Below are positions 11,956 to 20,322 of a stretch of DNA of 44,820 nt, one piece after another; the stretch's first letter is position 1, and each line of letters starts with the position of its first letter. Source of the DNA: Candidatus Hadarchaeota archaeon (lineage in GTDB: Archaea; CAYQAE01; CAYVLA01); NCBI GenBank assembly GCA_964452145.1, contig CAYVLA010000014.1, forward strand, positions 206 through 45,025, in the 5' to 3' direction. The notes beneath the pieces were generated by a model. The model did not search any database. It had not been told where the DNA came from and worked only from the letters and a program-made list of their open reading frames with translations. The translations under genes were made by a program, and so were the position numbers.

Positions 11956-13572
11956 TCAAAGCCCCAGGGCGCATCCGTCGCATCTGGGGTCCGAACCTCC
12001 GATGAGTGCCCTGCTTTCGGGGTGGATCATTATCAGTTGGACCGCACCACCCCCGTCCCAGGGCCCCACTAGCTCTAACCGATGCCCGAGAGATCTCAGA
12101 GCGGTAACCGTCCGGACCGGGTAACGGCTTTCTAGGGAGAGACTGAGACCATCATGGCCGGCCCATCTCGGGTATTCAGCAGCTTCCTGCACGTTCATGC
12201 CCCAATCCAACAGACGAGTGATGACCTGTAGATTGGTCTGTACCTGCCTGTCCCCACCAGGCGTGCCTCCGACGAAGAGTGGGGATCCCTCATCGAAAAC
12301 CATGTACGTGTTGAGGGTGTGCATGGTCCTTTTGCCCCCGACGAGACGGTTCGGGCTTGCGGGATTCAATGAGAAGCCCGTCATCCTATTGTTAAGGAGG
12401 ATTCCGGTGTTTGGCACGACCACGCCGCTGCCGAAGCTGTGGAAGAGGCTCTGGATGAAGGATACTGCGTTGCCCTCTCCGTCCGCGATGGCGAAGTAAG
12501 TCGTGTCGGCACCCGAGCATGCCGGTGACGGTGATGGATAATCTGCCTTGGCTCTTTCGGGATCTATGAGTTTTCGCCTCGCTGCCGCATGTTCCTTGGA
12601 GATGATGGTCTGGAGCGGAAAGGAAATGAAACGAGGATCTCCAGAATGCGCGTAACGGTCGGCAAACGCAAGCTTCTTGGCTTCGACCAGTAGATGCACA
12701 GATTCCGGCCCATCCGGCTCAAGAGACGAGAGCTCAAAACCCTCGACGATGTTAAGCTCCTCCAGTAGGATATGTCCTTGAGAGACCGGTGGTTGCTCGA
12801 AAACCTCGAAACTCCGGTAAGTGGTCCTGATCGGCACCAGAACCTCCGACTCGAAGGATGCCATGTCTTCCATCCCGAGAAGGCCCCCGGCATTGCGGGC
12901 AAACTCGCACACCGCTTCCGCGATTCGCCCCTCGTAGAATGCATCAGGGCCCTCATCCGACAGCGTTCTCAGCGATCGGGCCAGATCCGTCTGAACGAAG
13001 ATGTGGCCTGGACGCGGCGCCTCCCCGCCAGGCATGAAGACTTTGCGCCACTCGGAGTTGCCCTTGAGTTCGAGTGACGCCGACTTTATTGCCGAGCTGA
13101 GCCGCGAGTTACACGGAAATCCTTCTTTCGCGTATCGCAGAGCCGGCGCGAGCAAATCGGGCCAGGGAAGGCGTCCATACTCCTCATGGGCCAGTTTCCA
13201 TGCGCGCACCTGGCCGGGAACCGACACTGCCCTTATGCCATGCACCGGCACTCCATCCGCGAACGCCTCGATCGAGGCTGATGTCGGCGCAGGGCCGCTG
13301 GAGTTCACGGCCTCCAACAAGCCGGTCGAGCTTCTGTATGCCAGAAGAAACGCATCGCCACCGAGGTGGCTGTTGTAGGGCTCAACCACGTTGAGCACCG
13401 CAGAAGTGGCAATCGCGGCGTCAATGAAGTTGCCGCCGGAATCCAAGATGGCAATCCCGGTACGGGATGCCAGTGGATGGGCCGAACAGACCAGGCCCCG
13501 GTCGGACATGACCATTCCTCGGAGGCCCCTGTACGGACGGGACAGTCCCCCTAGGATCCGTTCCACTGACAT
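11956..13572 (-). CDS. ggt: Gamma-glutamyltransferase family protein
   Basis: GGNFIDAAIA, LGGDAF, nucleophile DTTYF, SFIQS, LNNRM, GTPGG, GGSDPR. Confidence 0.93.
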   Translation of the reverse strand: MSVERILGGLSRPYRGLRGMVMSDRGLVCSAHPLASRTGIAILDSGGNFIDAAIATSAVLNVVEPYNSHLGGDAFLLAYRSSTGLLEAVNSSGPAPTSASIEAFADGVPVHGIRAVSVPGQVRAWKLAHEEYGRLPWPDLLAPALRYAKEGFPCNSRLSSAIKSASLELKGNSEWRKVFMPGGEAPRPGHIFVQTDLARSLRTLSDEGPDAFYEGRIAEAVCEFARNAGGLLGMEDMASFESEVLVPIRTTYRSFEVFEQPPVSQGHILLEELNIVEGFELSSLEPDGPESVHLLVEAKKLAFADRYAHSGDPRFISFPLQTIISKEHAAARRKLIDPERAKADYPSPSPACSGADTTYFAIADGEGNAVSFIQSLFHSFGSGVVVPNTGILLNNRMTGFSLNPASPNRLVGGKRTMHTLNTYMVFDEGSPLFVGGTPGGDRQVQTNLQVITRLLDWGMNVQEAAEYPRWAGHDGLSLSLESRYPVRTVTALRSLGHRLELVGPWDGGGAVQLIMIHPESRALIGGSDPRCDGCALGL

Positions 13573-13746
13573 CGCGAACGTCTTCAGATCAACGGTTCAT
13601 ATATGTCATGAATCGGCTCGATCATGGCTCGCCCTGATGAGCATTGGAGGAGATAAGCCAAGCTGAGAGGTCCGGCCAGGATCGGCATTAGGGGTCCGGG
13701 CCCAAGGGAGAAAGATTATCTAGTTGAACCAGCACAAACGGCTATC

Positions 13747-14913
13747 ATGAACCCGGCCTACGACTGCGCGTTGGTGAGGTACGGAGAACTCTCACTAAAA
13801 GGACCGGGAGTGAGGAGGAAGTTCGAACTCAGGCTAATCCAGAACATCTCGGCGTGTCTGGATGATGCCGGGCTCTCCCATGAGATCTCAAGGATCAGAG
13901 GCAGGCTGATCGTGAAATCGTCCAACCCCGAGTTCGTCTGCCGAACTCTATCAAAAGTCTTCGGCATCGTCTCGTGCTCTCCCGCGGTCTGCGTGGGACT
14001 GGATGCCGAGGCAATGGCGCAGGCTGCAGTGGATCTGTCGAGGGCGACCATGAAGGAGGGTGGAACCTTCGCGATCGAAACCAACCGGGGAAACAAAGCC
14101 TTCCCTCTCACGAGTCAAGAAGTAAACCACTTCGTGGGCGAACGAGTAAGGATCGCTACCAAAGGCCGGGTTGATCTTCGCAGCCCGGAGACTACGATCG
14201 GCATCGACATAAGAGACTCGGCATATGTGTTCCAGGCCACTATTAAGGGCCCGGGTGGACTTCCCATGGGAACAGGGGGGAGAACAATCTCTCTGTTTTC
14301 GGGAGGGATTGACTCGCCCGTCGCGACCTACCTTGTAATGAAGAGGGGTTGCGAGATGATCCTCCTGTATTGCGACAATACACCATTCTGCGCAGAGGAT
14401 TCTATGGACAGGATGATGGGGGTTGCGAAAGTCCTCTCCTCCTATGCTTCAGGCTTCCCATTGAGAGTGATCGTATCGCCCATGGGGGAATGCCTTTCGA
14501 CGCTGGTGAAGGTCTGCCCCAGGAATCTGACCTGCACAATGTGCAAGAGGATGATGACCAGGATCGCCGCAGCGTTGGCCGAGATCAACCGATGCAGTGC
14601 CATCGTCACCGGATCCTCTCTGGCCCAAGTCTGCTCACAAACACTGGCCAACTTGGCCCTGACCCTGACCGTGTCCAAGATCCCGGTCCTGACGCCGCTC
14701 GTGGGTTTCGACAAGGAGGAGATCGTGGTTCTGGCCCGCAGAATTGGGACCTATGAGCGGAGCATCGCCTCGGTGGCTCCGTGCAGGGCCGCTCCCACCC
14801 ATCCTCTCACGCACCCAAGTCTTGAGGAGGTGGAGGAGGCTGAATCAAGGGTAGACGTGCAGGGCCTCGTGGATCAGGCTGTCAAAGGCAGTTGGGAGCT
14901 TGACCTAGGCTGA
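13747..14913 (+). CDS. thiI: tRNA 4-thiouridine synthase ThiI (THUMP + PP-loop, CxxC type, no rhodanese domain)
   Basis: VRYGELSLKG, GPGGLPMGTGG, PP-loop SGGIDS, CTMCKR, SQTLANL, DKEEI, distal Cys (APC). Confidence 0.93.
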   Translation: MNPAYDCALVRYGELSLKGPGVRRKFELRLIQNISACLDDAGLSHEISRIRGRLIVKSSNPEFVCRTLSKVFGIVSCSPAVCVGLDAEAMAQAAVDLSRATMKEGGTFAIETNRGNKAFPLTSQEVNHFVGERVRIATKGRVDLRSPETTIGIDIRDSAYVFQATIKGPGGLPMGTGGRTISLFSGGIDSPVATYLVMKRGCEMILLYCDNTPFCAEDSMDRMMGVAKVLSSYASGFPLRVIVSPMGECLSTLVKVCPRNLTCTMCKRMMTRIAAALAEINRCSAIVTGSSLAQVCSQTLANLALTLTVSKIPVLTPLVGFDKEEIVVLARRIGTYERSIASVAPCRAAPTHPLTHPSLEEVEEAESRVDVQGLVDQAVKGSWELDLG

Positions 14914-16302
14914 GCCCGCGAGGTCGTGTCTCTTGAGGACCCCCCTTGCGGCAAGGATGCCCGTCGCGGCGGATCCGACTATCCCCCTAGCAAGGCCAGC
15001 CCCATCGCCCGCAACGTAGAGGCCCGGGAGGCTTGTTTCCATGTTCTCGTCGGTGAGGAAACGCATGCTGTACATTTTGAGTTCGGGACAATACAACAAG
15101 GTGCTCTCGCTGGCAACCCCGGGGATCACCTCGTTGAGCTTGGAGAGTCCCTCTCCAATGTCAGTCACGAGTCGCTGGGGCATCGCCATCGAGATGTCGC
15201 CCGGCGTGACGTCCAACAAGGTCGGCTTGACATAGCTCTTATTGATCCTGCTCCAGGTGCTTCTCCTGCCCTTCCACAGATCGCCCATCCTCTGGATGAT
15301 CGGCCTGCCCCCTCCGATGGTTGCCGAAAGCCGCGCTATGCTTGAGGCATACGCCGTCGTATCCTCCACCGGCTCCGTGAGGGAAACGGAGGTGACAAAG
15401 GCAAAGTTGGTGTTCTCCGACTTCTTGTCTATCATGGAGTGGCCGTTGACAGCCACGAAGTCACCATAGTCCTCCTTGGTAACGAAACCATAGGGACAGG
15501 TACAAAAAGTTCTCACCCAATCGTCGTATGTCTTGGTGTAGATATGGAACTTCGGATCCCAGTTGATGCGGGTCACCGGATCCATGACCATGGATCTGAC
15601 CTCGACCCGGACGCCAACATCCACAGGCGCATGACGGGTCTTAACTCCGAGTCTCTCCCCCTCCTGGGCAAACCACATGGCGCCCGACCTACCAGGACAT
15701 GCGATGACCTCGTGGCATTGGATTTCGCGAATGCTCGTCCCAGTCTTCACGGCCACGCCTTTCACTCGACCCCCGTTGATCAGAATCCTCCTCACCTCCG
15801 ATCGGAGCATGAACTCGACACCTTCGGCGTCGAGCCATCTCCGGATGGATTCGACGACCCGCGGTAGGTTGTCCGATCCCACATGACGCTGGTGAATCGG
15901 TATGAAGTTGATGCCCACCGAGGCGGCTCTTCGCCTGAGCTCCTCGGCCTCCTCTCCGGTTCCATATCCGTTTTCTGGAACGCCGTGGGCCAGGAACATC
16001 CGGTCCACCTTATCTACCAAGTCCCACGCCGCCTGTTCATCGCGGGTGAAATCCGACAGGTTCCCGCCTATGTCAGGCCGCAGGTTGAGCTTGCCGTCGG
16101 ACAGACCACCGGCCCCTCCGACACCGCTCATTACATTGCAGGGACTGCACTTCATGCATTTCGTCGTGGTGGTCAGCGGACACTTCCTCTTCTCCACCTC
16201 CTTTCCTTTCTCTATGATGAGGACCCGCAGTCCTGAGCCGACAAGCTCGCTGGCCGCGAAGAGCCCAGCGGGACCGGCCCCTATGATGACTATGTCCGGC
16301 AT
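14905..16302 (-). CDS. FAD/NAD(P)-dependent oxidoreductase (COG2509-type)
   Basis: IIGAGPAG, CxxCxPC, GVGGAGGLSDGKL, VRTFCTCPYG, VNGHS, NTNFA, AGDGAG. Confidence 0.9.
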   Translation of the reverse strand: MPDIVIIGAGPAGLFAASELVGSGLRVLIIEKGKEVEKRKCPLTTTTKCMKCSPCNVMSGVGGAGGLSDGKLNLRPDIGGNLSDFTRDEQAAWDLVDKVDRMFLAHGVPENGYGTGEEAEELRRRAASVGINFIPIHQRHVGSDNLPRVVESIRRWLDAEGVEFMLRSEVRRILINGGRVKGVAVKTGTSIREIQCHEVIACPGRSGAMWFAQEGERLGVKTRHAPVDVGVRVEVRSMVMDPVTRINWDPKFHIYTKTYDDWVRTFCTCPYGFVTKEDYGDFVAVNGHSMIDKKSENTNFAFVTSVSLTEPVEDTTAYASSIARLSATIGGGRPIIQRMGDLWKGRRSTWSRINKSYVKPTLLDVTPGDISMAMPQRLVTDIGEGLSKLNEVIPGVASESTLLYCPELKMYSMRFLTDENMETSLPGLYVAGDGAGLARGIVGSAATGILAARGVLKRHDLAGSA

Positions 16303-16497
16303 GTCCCGAGCCCCTGTGAAGACGGTAAGGCGTGAGGAATCCCGCTCTTAAATCTGTCCCAGTGTGTGTCTGTCGCACGCCACGCTTCGGGTGCCCTAGC
16401 TTCCGACAATCAGGGCATTCTGTAAGCGGGTTGACACAAGGATACCGATGCATTGGTTCCGCCAAACATCTAAATCTCCCGGCCCTCAACAGAAAGT

Positions 16498-16683
16498 ATG
16501 TGTGAGTCGACCGTCTACATTCGGACAGCCTCGGAGGACCAGCAGCTGATGACCGAGGTGGCATCCATGAAATGGGAGGGCGAATCCATAACCCTTGAGG
16601 GCGTCCTCGGGGAGACGATGATCGTCAGAGGCAGGGTGCTGCTGGTGGATTTCCTAGGGCACAAGGTCATCATCACGCAGTAA
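16498..16683 (+). CDS. CooT family nickel-binding protein
   Basis: 61 aa starting MCESTVY, with LMTEV, GVLGE and VDFLGHKVII, the typical CooT pattern (Cys2, C-terminal His). Confidence 0.85.
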   Translation: MCESTVYIRTASEDQQLMTEVASMKWEGESITLEGVLGETMIVRGRVLLVDFLGHKVIITQ

Positions 16684-16733
16684 CCTTCCTCCTGATCGGC
16701 CGGGGGCCTCATCGAATTCCTTGTGGGCTCAAG

Positions 16734-16894
16734 GGTATGATGATATCATATCGCCTCGGGGGCAAACAAAGTGTCATATCATATCATACCAACCAGGCGG
16801 TAGTTGTCCCCGTCCTCGTTGGTATGACCGTATCATACCCACCCCCTGAGGGCCACCCCACCATTTATATTCGGTGATCATACTGGGTCATACC
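16734..16894. repeat. Array of GGTATGA/TCATACC half-sites and palindromes upstream of the RHH-wHTH gene
   Basis: GGTATGA-tgata-TCATATC 16734-16752; TCATA-TCATA-TCATACC 16774-16790; perfect GGTATGA-ccgta-TCATACC 16821-16839; TCATACT 16878 and TCATACC 16888. Confidence 0.9.
16864..16871 (+). promoter_or_regulatory. TATA box of the RHH-wHTH gene
   Basis: TTTATATT about 35-45 bp before the start; two TCATAC half-sites lie between it and the GGTGG RBS. Confidence 0.7.
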
Positions 16895-16901
16895 AGGTGG
16901 T

Positions 16902-17444
16902 GTGATCTTGGCAGAGGGCAACTACAGGAAGATCTGCGTCACCCTGAGGGGCGACCAGGTTGAGGATCTCAGATCGAGGTCCCGTAACTTGTCGAGAATC
17001 ATCCGGGATGCGATAGACTACTACCTTACCCTGGACATAGGCAGCAGCGATATCGCGGTATACGAGATTAGACGGGACGTTAAGAAGCTTCTTTCGCTGC
17101 TGCCCGTAGAGAAGGGTGCGATCAAGCCACCTAAGGAGGAGCCGCCTTCGAAGAAGGCGGAGACGTCGCTCGGCGTTCTGTCCAGACTCGTTGAGGATGG
17201 CAAGGACCAGGCTTTGCTGAACCTGATGCTTGAGCGAGGCCATGACAGCACAAGCAGGCTGTGCAAGGAGCTGGGGTACTCCCGGACCGAAAGCGTTCGA
17301 GACAAGTTGAACTCGTTGAACAGGAGGTCACAGGAGGTGTTCGGTCGCCCGCTGTTTCGTTACTTCCGCAGCCGTGAGGGTTTTGAGCATTCGTGGTGGA
17401 TGATGGTCGATCTGGAGGAGCTGACCAGATCAGGTGGAGAATAA
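16902..17444 (+). CDS. DNA-binding protein: N-terminal ribbon-helix-helix, Pro/Lys-rich linker, C-terminal winged helix
   Basis: RKICVTL strand + DQVEDL...NLSRIIRDAIDYYL (RHH pattern); DQALLNLMLERG-STSRLCKELG-ESVRDKLNSL plus an aromatic wing (wHTH). The start may be TTG 16908. Confidence 0.75.
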   Translation: MILAEGNYRKICVTLRGDQVEDLRSRSRNLSRIIRDAIDYYLTLDIGSSDIAVYEIRRDVKKLLSLLPVEKGAIKPPKEEPPSKKAETSLGVLSRLVEDGKDQALLNLMLERGHDSTSRLCKELGYSRTESVRDKLNSLNRRSQEVFGRPLFRYFRSREGFEHSWWMMVDLEELTRSGGE

Positions 17445-17548
17445 GGGGCGCGGAGAAAACGAAACTGCAAGAAAGGGCGAGTTTTGTCTAGTTAGGCGGG
17501 TTATCCGATGCAGATCCTATCCAAATCGAAATCTCGGATACGGTAAGA

Positions 17549-17556
17549 GATATAAA
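17549..17556 (+). promoter_or_regulatory. TATA box of the tyrosine recombinase gene
   Basis: GATATAAA preceded by purine-rich AAGA; RBS AGGTG at 17585-17589 before TTG 17598. Confidence 0.7.
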
Positions 17557-17584
17557 GTTCGCTAAGTGCCTACTTAGCGTAGTT
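17555..17584. other. dif-like tyrosine recombinase core site
   Basis: AAGTTCGCTAA-gtgcctac-TTAGCGTAGTT: 11-bp arms, 9/11 symmetric, inner TAA/TTA; also readable as 11-6-11 (17556-17583). Confidence 0.6.
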
Positions 17585-17597
17585 AGGTGTTTCTATT

Positions 17598-18458
17598 TTG
17601 GATTTCGAGGACGCGATTGACATAGCCGTGAGCGCATGGGAGCTTAGAGGCTACTCCCCCCGCACTCGCGACAGGTACGCGCTGCAGGTCTCTGTCATGG
17701 CTAGGGAGCTTGACAAACCCCTCGACAGGATCACAGCACGGGAACTGAAGAGCTACCTTCTTGAGAGGAAACGTCGCAAATCCCTGACAAACGCCTCTGT
17801 GTACAGCCAGGTCAACGCCATGCGCGCATTCTTCAAGGCCCTGGTCGAGAACGGCGTAATCTCCGACAACCCGGCCAAGGACATACCCCTACCCAAGCGG
17901 CCCAGGAAACTCCCCAACCACCTCACCGCCCAAGAACTACTGGCCCTTCTCAAGCAATCAGAGGTCCAGCCCCGCGATCACTGCCTTCTCGAGTTCATCT
18001 ATGCCACGGGAACCAGGCTATCCGAAGCCTTGGACATGAAGGTGAACTCCGTAAACCTGGACGACAATACAGCCATGGTGAAATCCGGAAAAGGCGACAA
18101 GGACCGCCTCGTCATAATGTCTGGGCATGTCGCCAGCGAGCTGACCACCTACCTAACAAAGCGTAGAACGACATCTGAGTACCTCTTCCCCTCAAGATCG
18201 GGGGGAAGGCTCTCCTCCCGATACGTCCAATCCATGGTTGCCAGGTATGCGGCGAAGGCCGGGATACCCCGAAGCGTCACCCCGCATGTTCTGAGGCACA
18301 CCTTCGCCACCCACATGCTCGAGAGCAATGTCGACATCAGATCGATCCAGGAGCTCCTCGGCCACAGCTCCCTTGCCACAACCCAGATATACACTCACGT
18401 CACATCCGATCGTCTGAGGCGCCTTGCTAGGTCACACCCCCGGGAGAAGCTGGGCTGA
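17598..18458 (+). CDS. xerA: XerA/XerC/D-like site-specific tyrosine recombinase
   Basis: Core-binding N-domain (YSPRTRDRY...MRAFFKAL...NPAKDI); catalytic residues in ATGTRLSE, GKGDKDR, HVLRHTFATH, LGHSSLATTQIYTH; 286 aa. Confidence 0.9.
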   Translation: MDFEDAIDIAVSAWELRGYSPRTRDRYALQVSVMARELDKPLDRITARELKSYLLERKRRKSLTNASVYSQVNAMRAFFKALVENGVISDNPAKDIPLPKRPRKLPNHLTAQELLALLKQSEVQPRDHCLLEFIYATGTRLSEALDMKVNSVNLDDNTAMVKSGKGDKDRLVIMSGHVASELTTYLTKRRTTSEYLFPSRSGGRLSSRYVQSMVARYAAKAGIPRSVTPHVLRHTFATHMLESNVDIRSIQELLGHSSLATTQIYTHVTSDRLRRLARSHPREKLG

Positions 18459-18471
18459 CCAAGCGCCGTAG

Positions 18472-18570
18472 TCATATGCGGTATTACCACTTGAAGCGGT
18501 GTTGGATAATACTTGGTATGACAAAACGACACAGTCGACAGGGGTATGAACAGGTCATACCACCCCACCA
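18472..18570. repeat. Second GGTATGA/TCATACC array downstream of the recombinase
   Basis: TCATATG 18472, GGTATTA 18480, GGTATGA 18515, perfect GGTATGA-acagg-TCATACC 18543-18561, then ACCCCACCA. Confidence 0.85.
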
Positions 18571-18579
18571 AATCCCCAG

Positions 18580-20322
18580 TCAGGGCCTTGGTTCGCCAAG
18601 CTGACATAACGACGCGATAAACCGGATCGCCTCACTACTGGGGGGATCCGAGTCGAGCGCCCATTCGAGGTCCACTACAGAGCCGATTGGCCGCGCCCTG
18701 AGAATCTTGGCCGCCCGCCTCGATCCAATCTCGGGAAGCATGGACAAGGCCCGCGGCGGACAGGTGTTGATATCCATCGGGAAGCGCAACCCCGTGAGTG
18801 ATCTGAAGCCGTGATCGATCACCGCCGCATCCATCACGGATCTCGGTTCATAACGACCGCAAACCCCGACCAGAATGGGATAGCTACCCGGAAATCTGCA
18901 GTAACTGGTGCCTCCGTCAACGACCTCCGCCACAATACTCCGAAGGATCGTCCCAATGGGGTAGGCCCTGACAAGCATGGGGCGGTCTATCTCGGTTCTA
19001 ACCATCTTGACGAACGATTTGGCGTGGAGCCTCATCGGTTTCTGGTTCCACCTCCTGCCCCACAGCCTGGTTCCTCTCACCGGAGTCACCTTGCGTATGT
19101 TCACCCGACGGAGGATGAGGCCCTCCTGCAGAATCGAACGCAGAAAATCGAGATTCCTCGGATAGGTCTCCTTGGTCTCCCCGGGGAGTCCCAGTACGAA
19201 ATTCAGCCCCGGCAGGAAGGCGGGTTGACCATTCCACCCTATGCGGGATCCGACCTTGCATATCAGCCGGACAGCTGCGAGGGAACCCTCGGGCATGGCC
19301 TTCAGGTTGTTGGCCTCTATCACCCTGGGATCGGCACTCTCCACCCCCAATGCCGCAACGTTGCCCGGCGTACAGTGGGTGACTATGCTCTTGGCGATCT
19401 CCTCCGATTCCACCGGATATGCTGCGACGACGCCCGGGTTTACGTTGTCTATGTGAATGCAGTTGAAACCTATGCTTGCGCATCCGGCCAGAAGCGACTC
19501 TATCGCTGCAGGCTCAGGGATGGGGATATCGAGATCGCCCACCCGCTGAGCTTTGTAAGAAAAGAAGCAAGCCTGCCTTCCCAGCCGCACATTCTCCACG
19601 CCCTTCTCCCTGAGTCTGGCGGCCTCCGCCACGATTCCCGATGCCTCCCTAAACGCGGGCAACCCGAATCTGGAACACTCGGAACAGAACGAGCAACCAC
19701 CGGAAAGCGCCCTGGAGCAGCCTCTCGAGGTCTCCAGCTCACAGATCAGGTCGGGCCCCCGTCTGATCTGGTCCAAGATCGTGGCACCTGCCAGGGCCAT
19801 GCGATCCAACTCGTCGTAATTCCTGTAGACGGGTTCCTCCGGGGGAGGGCCCACTTCCAGATAACGCTGCACGTAAGCTTCGGGGTCCCCCATCGCGATA
19901 TGATCGGGATCCCCCAGGGATTCCCTGTCGGATCTGAGGGCGCGCCCGCCACCCATCGTTCCCTGTACAATGGGTCCGCCCACGACAACTGGCATCTTGG
20001 CTTCCTGCACCAAGCGGCGTATCTCGCGGGGCGTTCCAGGGGTTCCCCTAAGGTATCTCCCCGGCGTATGGACGCCCCCGATCACCACCAAGAGACTGGA
20101 GGCTCGCAGCCCCTTCAGGGCCTCTTTGGGGTCTCGCGTCTCATTGATCGGCTCGTGGGGCTCGCCCCAGATTGCCCTGACGTCATCTATGTTGAGGTAG
20201 AGAGGCTGGTGGCCGGCCAGGACGATCGCCCCGAAGACGTACCTTGGGGCAGTTCCTAGGTATGGCGGCACGCCTAGGCCAGCGGGTTCGTCGGTGTAGC
20301 AGTCAACGATCGAGACCCTCAT
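18580..20322 (-). CDS. Archaeal radical SAM protein with C-terminal TRAM-like and helix-hairpin-helix regions (COG1031-type)
   Basis: IVDCYTDEPAGLGVPPY, ETSRGC...GGCSFC, HIDNVNP, GLPGETKET, SYPILVG, LPEIGSRRA. Confidence 0.88.
   Translation of the reverse strand: MRVSIVDCYTDEPAGLGVPPYLGTAPRYVFGAIVLAGHQPLYLNIDDVRAIWGEPHEPINETRDPKEALKGLRASSLLVVIGGVHTPGRYLRGTPGTPREIRRLVQEAKMPVVVGGPIVQGTMGGGRALRSDRESLGDPDHIAMGDPEAYVQRYLEVGPPPEEPVYRNYDELDRMALAGATILDQIRRGPDLICELETSRGCSRALSGGCSFCSECSRFGLPAFREASGIVAEAARLREKGVENVRLGRQACFFSYKAQRVGDLDIPIPEPAAIESLLAGCASIGFNCIHIDNVNPGVVAAYPVESEEIAKSIVTHCTPGNVAALGVESADPRVIEANNLKAMPEGSLAAVRLICKVGSRIGWNGQPAFLPGLNFVLGLPGETKETYPRNLDFLRSILQEGLILRRVNIRKVTPVRGTRLWGRRWNQKPMRLHAKSFVKMVRTEIDRPMLVRAYPIGTILRSIVAEVVDGGTSYCRFPGSYPILVGVCGRYEPRSVMDAAVIDHGFRSLTGLRFPMDINTCPPRALSMLPEIGSRRAAKILRARPIGSVVDLEWALDSDPPSSEAIRFIASLCQLGEPRP

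Noticed and set aside
10665..12005. 446-aa plus-strand ORF
   Set aside because: Antisense shadow of the UroD-family gene, typical of high-GC codon bias; no motifs
16734..16894. CRISPR array
   Set aside because: Units are 5-19 bp, in mixed orientation and irregularly spaced; no cas genes nearby
18481..18512. Imperfect hairpin GTATTACCA...TGGATAATAC as xerA terminator or second dif
   Set aside because: It needs a bulge, has a 13-nt loop and no U-tract, and does not fit 11-6/8-11 geometry
16684..18579. Provirus or integrative element
   Set aside because: No tRNA att site and no viral, conjugation or recognisable rep genes; the recombinase is Xer-sized and the flanks are housekeeping-like. A remnant cannot be fully excluded
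18811..20259. 482-aa plus-strand ORF
   Set aside because: Antisense shadow of the radical SAM gene
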